Shown here piece by piece: positions 23,893 to 37,654 of a stretch of DNA of 64,000 nucleotides. The notes under the pieces are model-generated. The model saw nothing but the letters and a program-made list of their open reading frames with translations. It was not told the origin of the DNA and did no database searches. Numbering within the stretch: position 1 is the first letter of the stretch; each line of letters begins with the position of its first letter. The stretch covers positions 1 through 64,000 of the forward strand of contig JAAILG010000631.1 in the NCBI GenBank assembly GCA_012026655.1, written 5' to 3'. The DNA comes from Hydrolagus affinis (lineage: Eukaryota). The translations under genes and the position numbers were made by a program.

Positions 23893-26514
23893 GTAGTAAT
23901 ATTTCTGAATTGATTATTCTATATCTACAGAAACAGGTAATGTCATAAGAGAAAATGTTTAGTTTTACAGTTATTCTACCCCGTCTTGTGTTTATTTTTA
24001 TATTATTCCTCTCCCCTAACGTAAGTTATGTATATTGAGACACAAAATGTCTTCACATGTACTTCCCTAAGGATTTTGGATGTGCTAGCGCTCAGTTGAC
24101 TTACTGCAAAGCATGCAAAATGACTTCCTTGCCAATTTGCCTGTCTGCTGGATAGTCTGTCCAAGATTTAACGCTAACCCTCCATTATACTTGATTTTTA
24201 CTCTTATTACAATTGCAACACTGAAAATTTGGTGTAACCTGTTGTTGCAGTAACACTCAAATGTCCCGAATGAGCTGGACCCACTCAATGCAGTGGTTTC
24301 ACATTACATTTGCTTTGTGTTAACTCTTAACACAATGTTACAAAATTTATTACACATCATGACTTCTTAACATCAAAATACACATGTACACTGCATACAT
24401 ACTTGCCTACTGTCAGCAGTCTGATTCCTTTGGTTCAGACTCTGCTCCAGCAGCTGAATAGAATATTTGTGAACCAGATTATGATGGTTGCAGACAGTAA
24501 GCTATCCAGTTTACTCTGAAATGCAAGCACCAGTAGATCTGTATGTAAAATGTAACACAGCATATACACACGCAGGCCCATCATTCTGTACTGCTGTTTT
24601 ATTTACATGAGACAATTGTGTCTAATCTGACTTTCCTGCTCTTTCTCCAAACCAGTGAATAGTCTTCTTTCAGCTTTTTAATTTTCTTATCAAATTACTT
24701 ATAGACAAGTGTCTATACTTACTTATAGCACATTGTGTATTGCTTATGTTTCTCTGTCAGGTTTGGTTAAAGATGCCCTCAAACCAACTTGTTTTGGTCC
24801 TCTAAAAGATTCAGTATTCTGAATTAATCTGAGCTGGATTCATAGCATGGTTCCAGAAGTGAAGGAACATTACACTTGTTCTATTAAACCTCAGTGCATA
24901 TTTTGTGTTTGTATTTAGCAAAACGAGCGGAGGTCTATCAGTGCAGAAACTATTGATTTTATTTATTCTAAAAACATTGTACCCAAATCAAACTGAGATT
25001 ACCATGCATCCCATCTGCACATGAAAATTCCAGACTTGTTCATAGTTTAAATATTAAATTGAACAGAAGATAATTATTGCTTGGTAATCAAACTAATTTG
25101 AGGTTGCTGAAAAGACCATTTGAAAATAAATTGTGCCTTTGATTGTTGTGGGGATGTGAATGCCTTCAAATGTATGCTGCAGTATCAAACCATTTAGTCA
25201 AATAGAAAAAAGTCATCACACGGGAGTCAGAACTTTAAAGACTGTTATCCACATAGGCATTATTCAGCTTGTCAAACCACTGTATGGAAAATCTACCCAG
25301 GAGGTAAATAAACTGTTGGATTCAACCGAGAGCAGAATCCTTGGGCGTCCAATGCTGCTTGCATCAGCAAACCTGGTGAAACTCAACTATTGCAGTTGCT
25401 TTCGCTGGTGAACGATAATTGGCGAGGTGATCACCTCAAATAAAAATACCAGCAGCTAAGATCAGTATTTAAGTCAACAGTAAAGTGAGCGTGACCTAAC
25501 TCATGTAAGGAAATAGGAAGCTGGTTACCCGATAACAACAAGGTATAAAATGGAAAAGTATCACTTTGAACACAGGAAGTAAAATGAACCATTTCCGCAA
25601 GCGACTGCAGCCGACTTCAACCGGAGGTTTCAGTCATAAATTCTCTCTAATCTGTTTGATTGTTAATTTATGAAGAACGTGAAATGAATACGAACCAAAC
25701 TGCTCCGAATAAACGAAAGGAATCTCTTTGCAGAGTATGTTTCAGTTTGTGAGTAGCACCATTGCGAAATACATTGAACGGGAAAGCAAATGAAATTCCC
25801 TTCAGGGAACACAAATCAGTCTACCCTTCATGAAGCACAACAGGAGACACTTCACTGGAGCAGAACAACTGAAAACTGCAGACTAAAGCTCTGGATGTTA
25901 AGAATGCAATTTGAAATTACAAGCTTAATTGGAACATGGATATCTATAAAAAGCAAGTCATTTGGGAATGGAAAAGCAGTTAAGATGGAATAAAAAAAAC
26001 TTTTGGAATGCGAGAAGGAACTGATGCCATCTCCTGATGCCATTTATTGTATCAAGGGTATTTTTCTCCCTCAACATTGGACTTCTCTTCTTAATGCTCT
26101 TTACTCATGGAAAGCAACCCACCGTGTACATTGATATTTTATGTTGCTTTTCTCCAAGATAGCCATCGTTCAAAGCACTTCATTGTTTTGCATTTCTATT
26201 CCAGTAATTCTGAACAATAGGTTGGAGTTTAGTTAGATTAACTGTTATCTTTCAGATAAAAAGGCATCCATATATGATTCATATTATGTATTATCGTTGC
26301 AAACACAATTAGGTAAATTGGCTCTGCCTGCATAATCTTGTTTTCTTTGAGAAGGAACATGCATTTTGATGTGTATTGTCATCGCCTTCTGACCATTAAG
26401 CAAATGGAATATTTTTCCTAAATACTTACATCAGTGTAAAGAGTGCTGTATGATAAACTAATAATATTATTATAATGCATCTACAGTACTTGTTTTTTCT
26501 CATGTTTTCTGTAC

Positions 26515-26690
26515 ATAATAATATAAATAATCTGTGATTTGATGTAGCACTTTAAGTGTTTTAGACATCTCAAAGCACAATATACTGTAAAGTGAATTGA
26601 CTATTTGTGGGTGAAACACGGCAGGCAATTGCACACAGCAGGGTCCCACAAACAGTCATGGATTGAAGTGACTAATTTTTTTATTGTTTT
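26515..26690 (-). mobile_element. SINE fragment
   Basis: Reverse complement of the SINE 3' half. Confidence 0.75.
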
Positions 26691-27814
26691 TTTTCACAAG
26701 CATGAAATCTATTATCTTACTGCATTTAAGATTTCCTATCTATTTTGCAGAATTTTTTTCATTTGTATTTTCATGAAGTCTTTTTAGGCTGTTACTCATT
26801 TAATTATTCTTTTTTAATTAAAAATAACTTTTTTTTTAAAATGTTATTTCTATTTAAATATTTTCTCAGCTTTTTTGCCTTCTGAGCATCAGTTTGATTC
26901 TGACTTTAGTAAAGCAGGCAGAGAAACATTGGAACGTGAGCAAAAAGGTGAGTAGAGCACGACTGAAACCCATACCGCACATTATGAGAAAATTAAAGAG
27001 AACAAGATATGCAAATAGACACAGCAGCAGACTTGGGAACACTTCAGCAAAGATACGATAAGTTAACTATAGCAGATAATGTGGAGACAGGAAAGAAAGC
27101 TAATGAGAAGACAAATCTGGGAAATAAACAATGAGCCAGAGATATCGTTAACCATAATTTTGAAATGTGAATGCTGCTTTCAACTCATTTACTTTAGCCC
27201 GCCTGCCCTCCCTCCCTTCCTTCCTTCCTTCCTTCTAGATGGGCCTTATTGTTGATAATTCCAGTGCTCTGGAAGTACTCCAAAGCAAATTGTAATTTTC
27301 CAGAATACTGTTCCTATGCCCTATGCAGCACGCCCTTTTGCAATACTGTCATAAAGTGATATGGTGAGTAATCCAGTATAAGAAAAGAAGATTGCATAAA
27401 TGCTCTGAACATTAATAGACAGTCTATTATCATCTCCACTGTCATGTTAATGATGTTTCTCAGGGCACAGCCAATGTATACACTGGCAATAAACCAAGAA
27501 AACCTCAAACTCTAAGTTGCCATAAACCCTAGCAACTCACAGTTTGAGTTTATCTTGACCTGAATTGCACTCAACATTGAGAGGACTAATGGAAAATGTG
27601 TTTCTAATATTGGCACTGAAGTAGTTTCAAATCTGGTCCTAAATGCAGAAAATAGGATGGGAAAATGTAAATACTGTAGTGTCTTTTGACCTTCATTGAC
27701 TGGCCAATTCATATCAGTAGATAGACTTACTCTGCCAGCACTGCCAGGTTAAATCTTTCAATATTATTTTGTTTGATGGAGAAATATTTTTTGTAACTTT
27801 GTTGTTATTGATTC

Positions 27815-27990
27815 TAATAATAATGATACTTGCATTTGAAATAGCACCTCGTCAGGAAGTCATCTCAAAGCATTTCACACAATATACAGTATATTTTGTA
27901 GGCGAACACAGCAGCCAATGTGCTCAGCAATGCCCGACAAATATCCTTGAAGTGAACGGCCAATTTTATTTGGGGGGAATTTGGCCAGGG
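27815..27990 (-). mobile_element. Old SINE fragment
   Basis: taataataatgatacttgcatt...ctcaaagcatttcac...gccaatgtgctcagca. Confidence 0.65.
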
Positions 27991-28363
27991 CACCAGAGAG
28001 AAAGGTGATATCAATCTTTGCATATTGAATGACATTGTCCTGACACTGGAATGTTTGTAATAAATCACCACTAATCACTGAGGGCGGTAATATTTACAAA
28101 ACAATTTCTAAAAATGTTTGACTGAGACTCATAGCACCATATTCATTATTCCTGTAGCGGAATACTGGGTGTCACAACATCTCTGCTCTTCTGTGATCTG
28201 ACTACACATATTAGGGAATGTCTTTAACATTTACAATCAGGCTCTCGGTTTTATTTACTCCAATAAATAAGCGTTTATTCAAAGAATCCCATTACTGACT
28301 TTATGTAGTGGTCTACATATAAAAGATAAACATTTGCTGGGAAGAGTACCTATTTAATTGCTC

Positions 28364-28615
28364 TAATAATAATAATAATCCTTGCATATGATGCTGCACC
28401 TTATTGGTCTTTTAGATCCCTTAAAGTGCTTTACAGAATGTACTGTAATACACTGTGAATTAACTGTATATTTGTGGGCAAAAAGTGACAGCCAATTGTG
28501 CACAGCAGTGCCCCACAAACAGTCTTGGATTGAAATGACCAATTTATAATTTTTTTTCTTGAGGGATTATCAGGCTTGTTTTCGCCCTCGCTGGAATCAA
28601 ACCCAGGTCTCTCAA
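28364..28615 (-). mobile_element. Near full-length SINE
   Basis: (AAT)n ccttgcat...ggattgaaatgaccaattt...ggaatcaaacccagg. Confidence 0.8.
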
Positions 28616-28748
28616 GTTTCCTCTTCTCCGGGATGTGTCTTACTATCTATTAGTATAGTTTTAACCAAAGCTCTCTGCTTTACAGGTCAACTGTTCAATC
28701 ATTTGACATTTATTTGTAGTTAGTGCGCTTGCACTAACTACACCCCAC

Positions 28749-28848
28749 NNNNNNNNNNNNNNNNNNNNNNNNNNNNNNNNNNNNNNNNNNNNNNNNNNNN
28801 NNNNNNNNNNNNNNNNNNNNNNNNNNNNNNNNNNNNNNNNNNNNNNNN
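28749..28848. other. Assembly gap (100 N)
   Basis: Run of N; true size unknown. Confidence 1.
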
Positions 28849-29110
28849 CTCCGCTCCCACCCTATGGAATTCTATCCCCCAATCCCTTCGTCTTGTTTCT
28901 TCCCTTTCCTCTTTCAAGGCCGGTTTGAAGACTTTCCTCTTCGACCGTGCCTTCTGTTCCACCCCGAATTCTTCGACCTCCCCTTCGTGTTTCACCCCCG
29001 CCCAAACACTCCCCTCCCAGCTCGGGTCATACGCCCCCTGTGCAGCGCCTTGGGACGTCCTCCCGACGTGAAAGGCGCTCTATAAATGTAATTTGTTGTT
29101 GTTGTTGTTG
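28849..29110 (+). mobile_element. L2 LINE 3' end with (TTG)n tail
   Basis: ccctatggaattct...tgaagactttcctcttcgac...gcgccttgggacg...gtgaaaggcgctctataaatgtaatttgttgttgttg. Confidence 0.85.
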
Positions 29111-29604
29111 CTTATCAGTTTAATGAAGATTTCACATGTTTCAATAAATCTCACTGTTCTGCAGCACAGATGAAATGCCGACAATATGTTATTATATTTC
29201 CTCCTTATTATATTTATGATAACTCATTTTAAATGCTCAAGGGGTCTTCTATTTTTATTAAAATACTAACGATAGTCAATAGTACATTGTTCAGGTTTAA
29301 AGTTTGTTTTGTAACTCCACTTACCTGTAGAATATATACTCTCCATATTCACATTCAAAGATGTAAAGCAATAGTACTGTTTGCACTGTTTCCATTACAC
29401 TGAACAGAAATAATTATACTTTTCCATTTGCTTCAGTAATTTTCATCAGTGAAACGCCTTCTTTCTTTCCTATTGCTATTGATTAACTGACAAGCCGAGC
29501 AGTAACCATTGTGTTTGGATTGCTTCGCAGACACACAAATCTTATCCAGAGTTTTATACAGCAGCTGGTGGATCTTGCAACTGTTGTGGTGAGTGAATTT
29601 CTAA

Positions 29605-30000
29605 TCTCCACACCCCATCATACAAGTCCTCACCAGGCCTTTACTGGTACCCTATCACAGAATGGATCAACTTCAAGATCCTCACACTGGTCTACAAACC
29701 CCTTCATGCCCTGGTACCTACCGACTTCTCTGACCTACTTATTCTGTACTCCAATACTCTCCGCCACTTGGCTGGTTTCAGTGGCCGTGCTTTCAGCCAC
29801 TACACCCTGAATCTTTGGAACTCTCAGTTTCACTCCCTCCGCCTTGCCCCTCCTTTCCCATTTTTAGATAACCCCTAAAGACCTTCCTCTTCGATCATCT
29901 CTCCCAGTCTCCCCACTCGGCAACAGATCCCACTACTGTTAAATGCTCTGAAACACTACACTCCATTAAGGGTGCTCCATGAATTCAAGTTATTGTTTTT
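29605..30000 (+). mobile_element. Older L2 LINE 3' fragment
   Basis: acagaatggatcaacttcaagatcctcacactggtctacaaa (IxFKILTLVYK motif) plus a degenerate tail. Confidence 0.75.
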
Positions 30001-30468
30001 TGAAATGAGTTGATTGTTTCACAGTGAATATGCTGGGTACTTAGATATTCTGAAGGTACTGTATTTAAATAGATATAGTGATTTGGGAAAGTTAAATTGC
30101 TTGAATCCTTAGTTGCATTTATGAATTTTAATGAATTTGAATAATTAATCCATTTAGTAATTTCAAAACCTTTTGATGGGTATACTGATTAGATGTTAGC
30201 ATTCTCTAAGGTCATACAATGCATATTATATTTGCAAGGTGACATTTGATCACATTATGAAATGCAAAACAAACTATTAAATTGTTCTGTATTCAAGCAG
30301 CGCTAGTTTGGACTAATTAATTTCACTCACTTTTATCTGCATTTCATTATATATTTCAGCAAATGAGCAGCACATACCACACAATTTATTTTAAATTAAT
30401 TCACGAAACACAATGTGATAATCTTGCTCATTCATCCAAGACAAGAGCATTGGAGGGTTGGTACTCAC

Positions 30469-30660
30469 GGTAACGATCAAACTCCTCTCCTGGAAATATT
30501 TGACAAGTGGAATTGTGTTCTGCTTGAAAGTGGTCAATCGTCTCTGGGTGGCTTTGGGATTATCATCAGGCCGGCCTTGCTGCTCTGCCCGCTTTTCCAG
30601 CCGTTCTTTCAATCTGTGATTTGCACACGCTAGGAAGACCACTAAATCTGGCACGCAGAT
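30469..30660 (-). CDS. AK5: AK5 exon 6, domain-1 LID (ICVPDLVVFLACANHRLKERLEKRAEQQGRPDD...LIVT)
   Basis: tcag|ATC...ACC|gtgag, 192 bp; all LID arginines present. Confidence 0.97.
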
Positions 30661-32583
30661 CTGAGGAGAAAGAGTACAGAGACTGACTGAATCAGGATTA
30701 CGAGCCAACATAGCCCAGTATTCCATGCCTTTGGAGCAACTGATCAGCACAAATTGCTGACATTTGCAGTGCCTGAGAATAACTTTCATATTATTGCCGT
30801 TTTACTCTTGGTCAATGGTGCTCCAGAGAACAGTGAATATGACTTCCTCAGTAAATGACATCCAATGTTTTGTTTAGATCAAAGATAGAGATACGAGAAA
30901 AATATAAAATGTGTGGTCATCGACATTTTATATATCTAGGGTGCAGGAAGGTAGAAAATATCTTAAATAGATTACTAATGGACAAGAAGAGATTTGTACA
31001 ACTGTACAGAACTCACATTGTCATAATTCCACCTGCATTCAATTTAAAATAGATTTATCTTAACTCATTCCATGGAACCCAATTGCGACAATTAATTGCT
31101 GAGTTATTCCCAAATTCACACCTCAATGCTTCAAAGCATCCAAGCCTTTCAAATGATATTATCTGTTAAGCACTGGCTTCCAATCCCCCACTTGGGTGAA
31201 ATAAATTGTCATAATTTGAAATATTTCCAGCAGTGATTTAGTGGATGATTGAGATTATTGAATGAAGTTCTTAAGAGAATGTTTTTACACAGCTAATCAA
31301 GTTGATAACTTTTATTTTGTTTCATAATTTGCCTGAGAAATTTTTGTGTTTATTACTTGCAGTGTTACTAGCATAAAGTATTGATGACTGAATAATTTTA
31401 AAAATTTTAATTATACCCTCACAGATCAAAACTATATCTCTGGAAATGAATTCCACATTGGCTGCATTTCTCCATAATCTTGCATTAATGATGTGCCAGA
31501 TGCCATCAGATTTCTTCTGGGAACATTATGACATATCAAGAACATTGAGAACACTTAAACAGCTGTTTAAGATAGGCCCCAAACACAGAAGCCTCACAGA
31601 ACATTAGATTTTTAAAAAAATAATTAATAGGAAAGACCAGGGCTGACTTCAAGGTTAGGACTTAATATTCAAGTTTAGATAACATGCTTTTTCTCGCACT
31701 GTTCACAATGTGATCTAAAACTATTCTGTTTAGATTAGGCTACTGGCTTGATCCGTAGAAATAAAAAATTCACGTGACCCCCCAATAAATGCTCAGTTTC
31801 TAAATACCCATCAGAAGCAGAACCTTTGTCACCTTGCTGTACCTTTGTCACATGAACCAAAAAATCTGCTTCCCGTAATAATCAGTTGCTTACTGATAAA
31901 CTCATAATTGGTTTTATGGAAACCTTTCATTTCAGATTACAATTTCTACAAATTGCCTACAAGTGACCTCCAATATGTATCCCTCAGATTATTCAACCAT
32001 GAAAGTGCGGATAATTTTATTATACATTCAATAAATAATAAGTTTGATAACAGATAGATTGTTAACAACTCTGATGAAACATGGTAAGATCGAGTTTTAA
32101 ACCAATTTATTTTATACTTATTGTTATGTATTGAAAAAGATCACAAATGCATTAGTGAGATTTTGTAAACTTCTTCCTTATTGTAAGATAAACTTTTGGG
32201 GGGATTTGGGACTTTATTTTTATTTAACACAAGTGAGGAATTGTAAGTGAATTACAAGTGAATATGCGGTAAATTACTGATATTTTACATTGTGTTATAT
32301 GACAAGTATATAACATCATACAAAACATTTTCATGTTACTGAACTCCGAAGGCTCATCCCTCTATAGTAAACCTATAAATGAGTTTCCTTTTTGATGAAA
32401 ATGATGCCCTCAATAGTAAACTCTTTCTCATTCAGTAGTGATTGACTTGTAGCTTTTTAAAAAAAAAAATATTTTAGATTTCCAGCATTCACACATTTCA
32501 TTTCCACCAAATTTTCAGAAATATGTGGTGGACATTCAATATTGAAATAATCACATCGACTTTAAACAAAAAAGGGTCCATAC

Positions 32584-32697
32584 CTGGTCCTCAAAGGACA
32601 GCGCTTGAGCAACATCCCTTGGAAATCCATCAATGACAATACCTTGGGCATCAGGAAGCTCCATTAAACGATGCTTGATCTCAGTAATTGTTGTTTC
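32584..32697 (-). CDS. AK5: AK5 exon 5 (ETTITEIKHRLMELPDAQGIVIDGFPRDVAQALSFEDQ)
   Basis: aag|GAA...CAG|gtatg, 114 bp. Confidence 0.96.
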
Positions 32698-33398
32698 CTT
32701 CAAATGAAATGTATCTTGTGATATACATGTTGCTTTAAGTGTATATAAATTGTGTACATAAAACAATTCTTGAATTGCTACACGTAAACGTTTTCAGTTT
32801 GAATTTGGGAATGGCAAATGTTTAGCTGATGCAATATAGTTTTATACAGTTGAACAACATAGTAATATTTATCATTTCGGAGTACATTTATTGAGGTTCT
32901 GTTGATATGTAAATCTGTAAACAGATACTGTATTTGAATTCATTTCTGACACATACATAGACTAGATATTTGAATTTAGTTCTAACACACAGTTATTGCA
33001 ATAACCAAAGTTCCAGCACAATTTAGGATTCTTTTAAAGAATACTCTGTCGGAATATGTTCAAATAGTAATGCTACAGTATAAACCACAATCATTGAGAA
33101 TCCACCGAGAAAAAGAAGCAGTTTCAAAGACATTGGCAAAGCAGTGTTGAAGTGAACCCATTTTATGGAGAATGTGTTTGCAGAAGAAGCTTTTGAAAGG
33201 GGTCACTGTATGACATGTGGTTTTGTGTCCTGAGTACGCAATAGGTTTTGAAACAGAATTTATCGAGATGAAAGTTGATTGATACATGGGCTGCAGAGCT
33301 CAAGAGAAATGAACAGCTTATAAGGAGCTCAAGTCCTTAGCAAAACAATTTGCTACCATTTGCAATGTTATATTAGATTTAGTAGTAGTACTTTTTAC

Positions 33399-33571
33399 CT
33401 GTGGTGCTAATTCTCCATTGGTTATAATTTTCGCAATCAAACTCCATTTTCTGTTACTGCTTGTATTTTGGATCATTTTTCTTCTCAACAGCTCTCCAAC
33501 TGAAATGTACTCAAATCCATAACGATCAGCTATTTTTAAGCTCTGAGTGCCTTTCCCACTGCCAGGCCCAC
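33399..33571 (-). CDS. AK5: AK5 exon 4, domain-1 P-loop (GGPGSGKGTQSLKIADRYG...GELAPQ)
   Basis: ttag|GT GGG...CAG|gtaaa, 173 bp, phase 1-0. Confidence 0.97.
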
Positions 33572-34125
33572 CTAAAAGAGGAAAATAATAAGAGTGTTCC
33601 AATTATGTCTCTGCTGTATTTCAAGATTATATAATGTCAGACGAATTTTACACAGACCGTGAGTTGACAGTGTAGATAATGTTATATTTTATGGACAAAA
33701 CACATCCGTAAAAACAGTTTGTCCACATTGACAAGAGACTAAATGTCTAAAAAATATTCAAAGGCTGTGCCTAGTTGTTTCTGTACACAATGTACATAAT
33801 GGTCAACAGCAGGTCCTCCTTAGATATGACTGAACACTCAACAACAATTAAGGTAAATTACATTCTTCCCGTTGAAAAAGCTATACATGTTTGTCATATT
33901 TTAAATTCTAACTTAACTCTAAAATGTATCTGGAATTTATGAAGCATCAGATCTAAAGAAACAACAAATCATCTGATTCAGAATAACTAGTAGCTGCTGG
34001 AGAAATTAGAAATGAAATCAACATTAGAAATGAAAAGGCTGATACAATATAGAACATATTTTCAAACATTCTAAGACTTTACTGCATAAAGTAATATTGT
34101 GATGTTTGACATTGCTGAAGATTAC

Positions 34126-34293
34126 CTATTACTAATATAATCCGTGGCCGGGGTTCGTTTGGGTCGAACACTGTGTATTCCTCAAAAAGTTCAGCTGTTT
34201 CAGACAGATCTGTGTCGCTCTCAATAGAAAATTGATGAATAGGGGGCAGACGATCAAAGCGTCGGTACGGGAAATTGGGACTGTCAGGCAGAA
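34126..34293 (-). CDS. AK5: AK5 exon 3 (VLPDSPNFPYRRFDRLPPIHQFSIESDTDLSETAE...IILVI)
   Basis: gcag|TT CTG...ATA G|gtaat, 168 bp; AK5-specific peptide. Confidence 0.97.
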
Positions 34294-35082
34294 CTGCAAT
34301 CAGAAATGGCCGGGGGAAAAAAGTGTAAATAACATTCTTCTGTGCACATTTAGTAATCAAATCATTTTATGACAATTGATATCCTTCACCTTGAAGATCA
34401 AAAGAAATTCACCCAAACTGTTAAGAGTATGTCATTACATTTTCTCAAGTGGATCCTAGAAAGAGTGATATTGTTGCAATGTAGCTCTTTGGGTGTAAAT
34501 TATGTTGGATGTACAATTATTTATATATTATAGAGATAGAGATTACTATGATTATACCTACTGTGCTATAAGATCTTGTATTTAATGTTTGATGTTAGGA
34601 GTTAAACAAGAAAGCAAAGATTTCCGATGAAGAACCATTATTTATCAACTGAATTTGAGTTTCTCAGAATATTGCTCTCTGCCTTTTTGGGGATGTTGTA
34701 ATTTTGCACTGCAATTTACCTTTTAATTAAAAAAGGGTCATTTTACATAGCCGGTGAAAATACAGCACGAGTAAGAGCCAGGGATTTTTTTTTGTGAACA
34801 AGAAAAACGTGTTTATCTTTTGGTGGGTGCCATGAAGCAGGGAGAGTGTAAGTGGCCATGTGTTTTTGCTAATCGCTACAAGCAAAACATTATTCCCCTT
34901 GCTAATGAAATGACCCAGCAGTATAAATAGAATGGTCTTTACAAATTAGCTCTGTGTTTGAGCATAAACAGAGTATCTGCTTCCTCTCTTGAGGACTGCT
35001 AGGTCTCAAGTGAAATATATTTGGACAGTTCACCCACAATCTCATCATTTTCACTTAAAAAAAAATGAAAGGAACACTTTAC

Positions 35083-35269
35083 CATTTCTGATGAATGATC
35101 TCCTTCCCTGGCCACCATTCAGAGGAGGTAATGCCCTCTTTTCTTGAGCAACAAAAGTGTCCCAACGTACTCTCTCGGGCCCTCCCAACTCCTTCACCTT
35201 CTTCAGACATTTCTCTAAATACTCCAAAGGATCATCGGGTTTATAGTACATCAACCCAGTAAGCATACT
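35083..35269 (-). CDS. AK5: AK5 exon 2 (SMLTGLMYYKPDDPLEYLEKCL...RRSFIRN), part of the N-terminal dimerisation/docking-like domain
   Basis: gcag|AGT...AAT G|gtaaa, 187 bp. Confidence 0.96.
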
Positions 35270-37654
35270 CTGCAAGTTAGAATTCAGAATAAACAGCGTC
35301 AATAAATCCCATCAATAATAAATGGTGTGAAGTGACAACTTGGTTAGGTCAATGCTGACATTTTTCACTTCTCACTGCTGCTCTTTTGATGATATAAAGC
35401 TCTGCTTTAATCTTCTAATGCATGGGTCTGGGTCAATAAGTTTCACCTTGAGGCACAATCAAACGAAAGATATCACAAAGCATTTCACAGATTTAATATA
35501 AAATGTCCTACTTGTGTATTTTACAGACAGCCAAATTGTACATGGCAAAGTCACACAAGTCATGAAGTCAATAACCAACTTTATCGAGAGAATTATATTT
35601 CCATAACTTTACTCTCCTGCACATTAACTTCAACTGAAGTTATTATTGACAAAAGTCAATCTAATTATTTTCTGTACCATTGGACTGCCTAGACTTTGAA
35701 TTATCTCTTGGGGTAGGTAGTAAAATGATCAATTTGCAGGGCTAAGGCATCAATTTTGAGTAAATGTTCCATGGTGTGTTTTGACCTATTTTGTGTGCTA
35801 AGAGGCATAACTACAGAATACAGTCAGAAGCTGTAATGAGGCCACATGCCTTATGAGTTTTGATGCTTATAGATATGGTCAGCACAAGACATGGAGAAAT
35901 TTTGCTGGGGCATCAAAGAGCAAGTCATCAATTTCCTCGAGTGCAATTTAGCAAGTCTGAAATTCAATTTGCACATGAAAAGGACAGGGGTACAGAGGAA
36001 ACACTGTAAAGCTAAACAAAAAAAAAGCATTGTGACAGTGAAAGCAGCAATTAACACGGTCACCAGCCAGATTATAATTAAGATTTGCATAAGAACGCAA
36101 ATATTTTTAAAATGGGAGCAAAGCCATCAAATTCCAACAAGTCTATTCGCTTTCAGTTGAACTCATCTGCATTTTTCCTATCACAATCAATTTCTTTTCG
36201 GTCCAGAAGTACATCTTGTTGCGCATTTAATTTATTTCTACACTTCACTTTAACGACCTTTGCTGGCAATCTACTTCACCATTATCTATTATCATGTGTT
36301 GTCTGTAAAAATAATTGGACTGCATTCTCTTTTCACTTCTAAATCTCACCTGGTGTTCCCTGCGATGAATAATGTGAGTTTAAATTTCTACTCTATAAAC
36401 AATATATGCACAAAATTGTAAAATAGATATTCAACAATAACCTTGCCCTTAGGGTAAAGGTCTGTATCTGAACTTAATCAATCCCAATAGGTACAAATGT
36501 GGAATTGTTCCAGATGGACAGTTTTTGACAACTACAGATAATGAATCCATTAGTAGACTTCTCTATTTATGTCAACGTAATTTTCAATATTCGTAGTTAA
36601 CCAGATACAGGTCAGTATCTGCTCAGTACTATGTCTGCAGATGGAATAATATTGTCCAAAGTTAAAGCTCTTTTATTTACACTCAGTCACAAACATTTAT
36701 ATACTTTGTAAACCCATCCCCCACAAACTCTCCAATTCAACCACAAAATACAGTGAATTGAAAAATTGAAAAATTCTATAAAAGCAGCAGTAATATTTTA
36801 TACTAAACACTACAGAGATTCAAGTGATAATATTTTCTTTTGCAGGTCTTTTGATCTGTTTTTCTTCCATTTAATGTACAAATGCTGAATCTCATTGGAA
36901 TTGAACAAATAAAATAGTATACTGTTCCCGTCCGAACAAGATGTCCATGTGATATCTCGCCCTGGTAAATTGACGGATCCTAGAAATGATTTATGAGCAT
37001 ACACAGGTTGATGCTGGATTAAGCGTAATGGTGAAATCTGAGTGATTTTGATGACATGCTTGACCATTCTTACATGCTTTCCCTATACAGCTGCAGAATG
37101 AGTAAGATCATCAAACAAATAAACACTTGTCAGAGACCATTACTTCACCCATAAATCTTTAAATACTATACATATTTGAGATTTAAAAGCACTGGTAAAA
37201 TGCTGCCAAGATTAATAGGAATCTGCAAATAAAGATTTCAGCAAAGTAATGTAAGTGGCCATTTACACTGGCTGCTTCCCTCGCCAGCCTTTTTATCACC
37301 AGGGTCAGGATGAATTAAGAAAGGAAAATTGATTACCTCGAAAAACAATAGCCTTTGCAAAATTTGGTGATTAAAATCTCAATATGTCAAATCATTCGGA
37401 AATAAATCTTGGCTTAGTTATGGCTATTTGTCTCCACCAACATCTGCATTTTATTTGACCAATGTTAATGTGTATTTTGCACTTATATTATCCAATATAT
37501 TTTGTCAAGTGGTAATGTGAGTTTATTGTCAGCATTTCTTAAAGGCCCATCCTTTTCATTAGGTCTCCATTTTTTCATATATCACTTGCGTTTTGCGACA
37601 CTAAACTCTTGCTACAAGCTCCCCACATGAAACTATTGATTAAATAAGCCAGTG

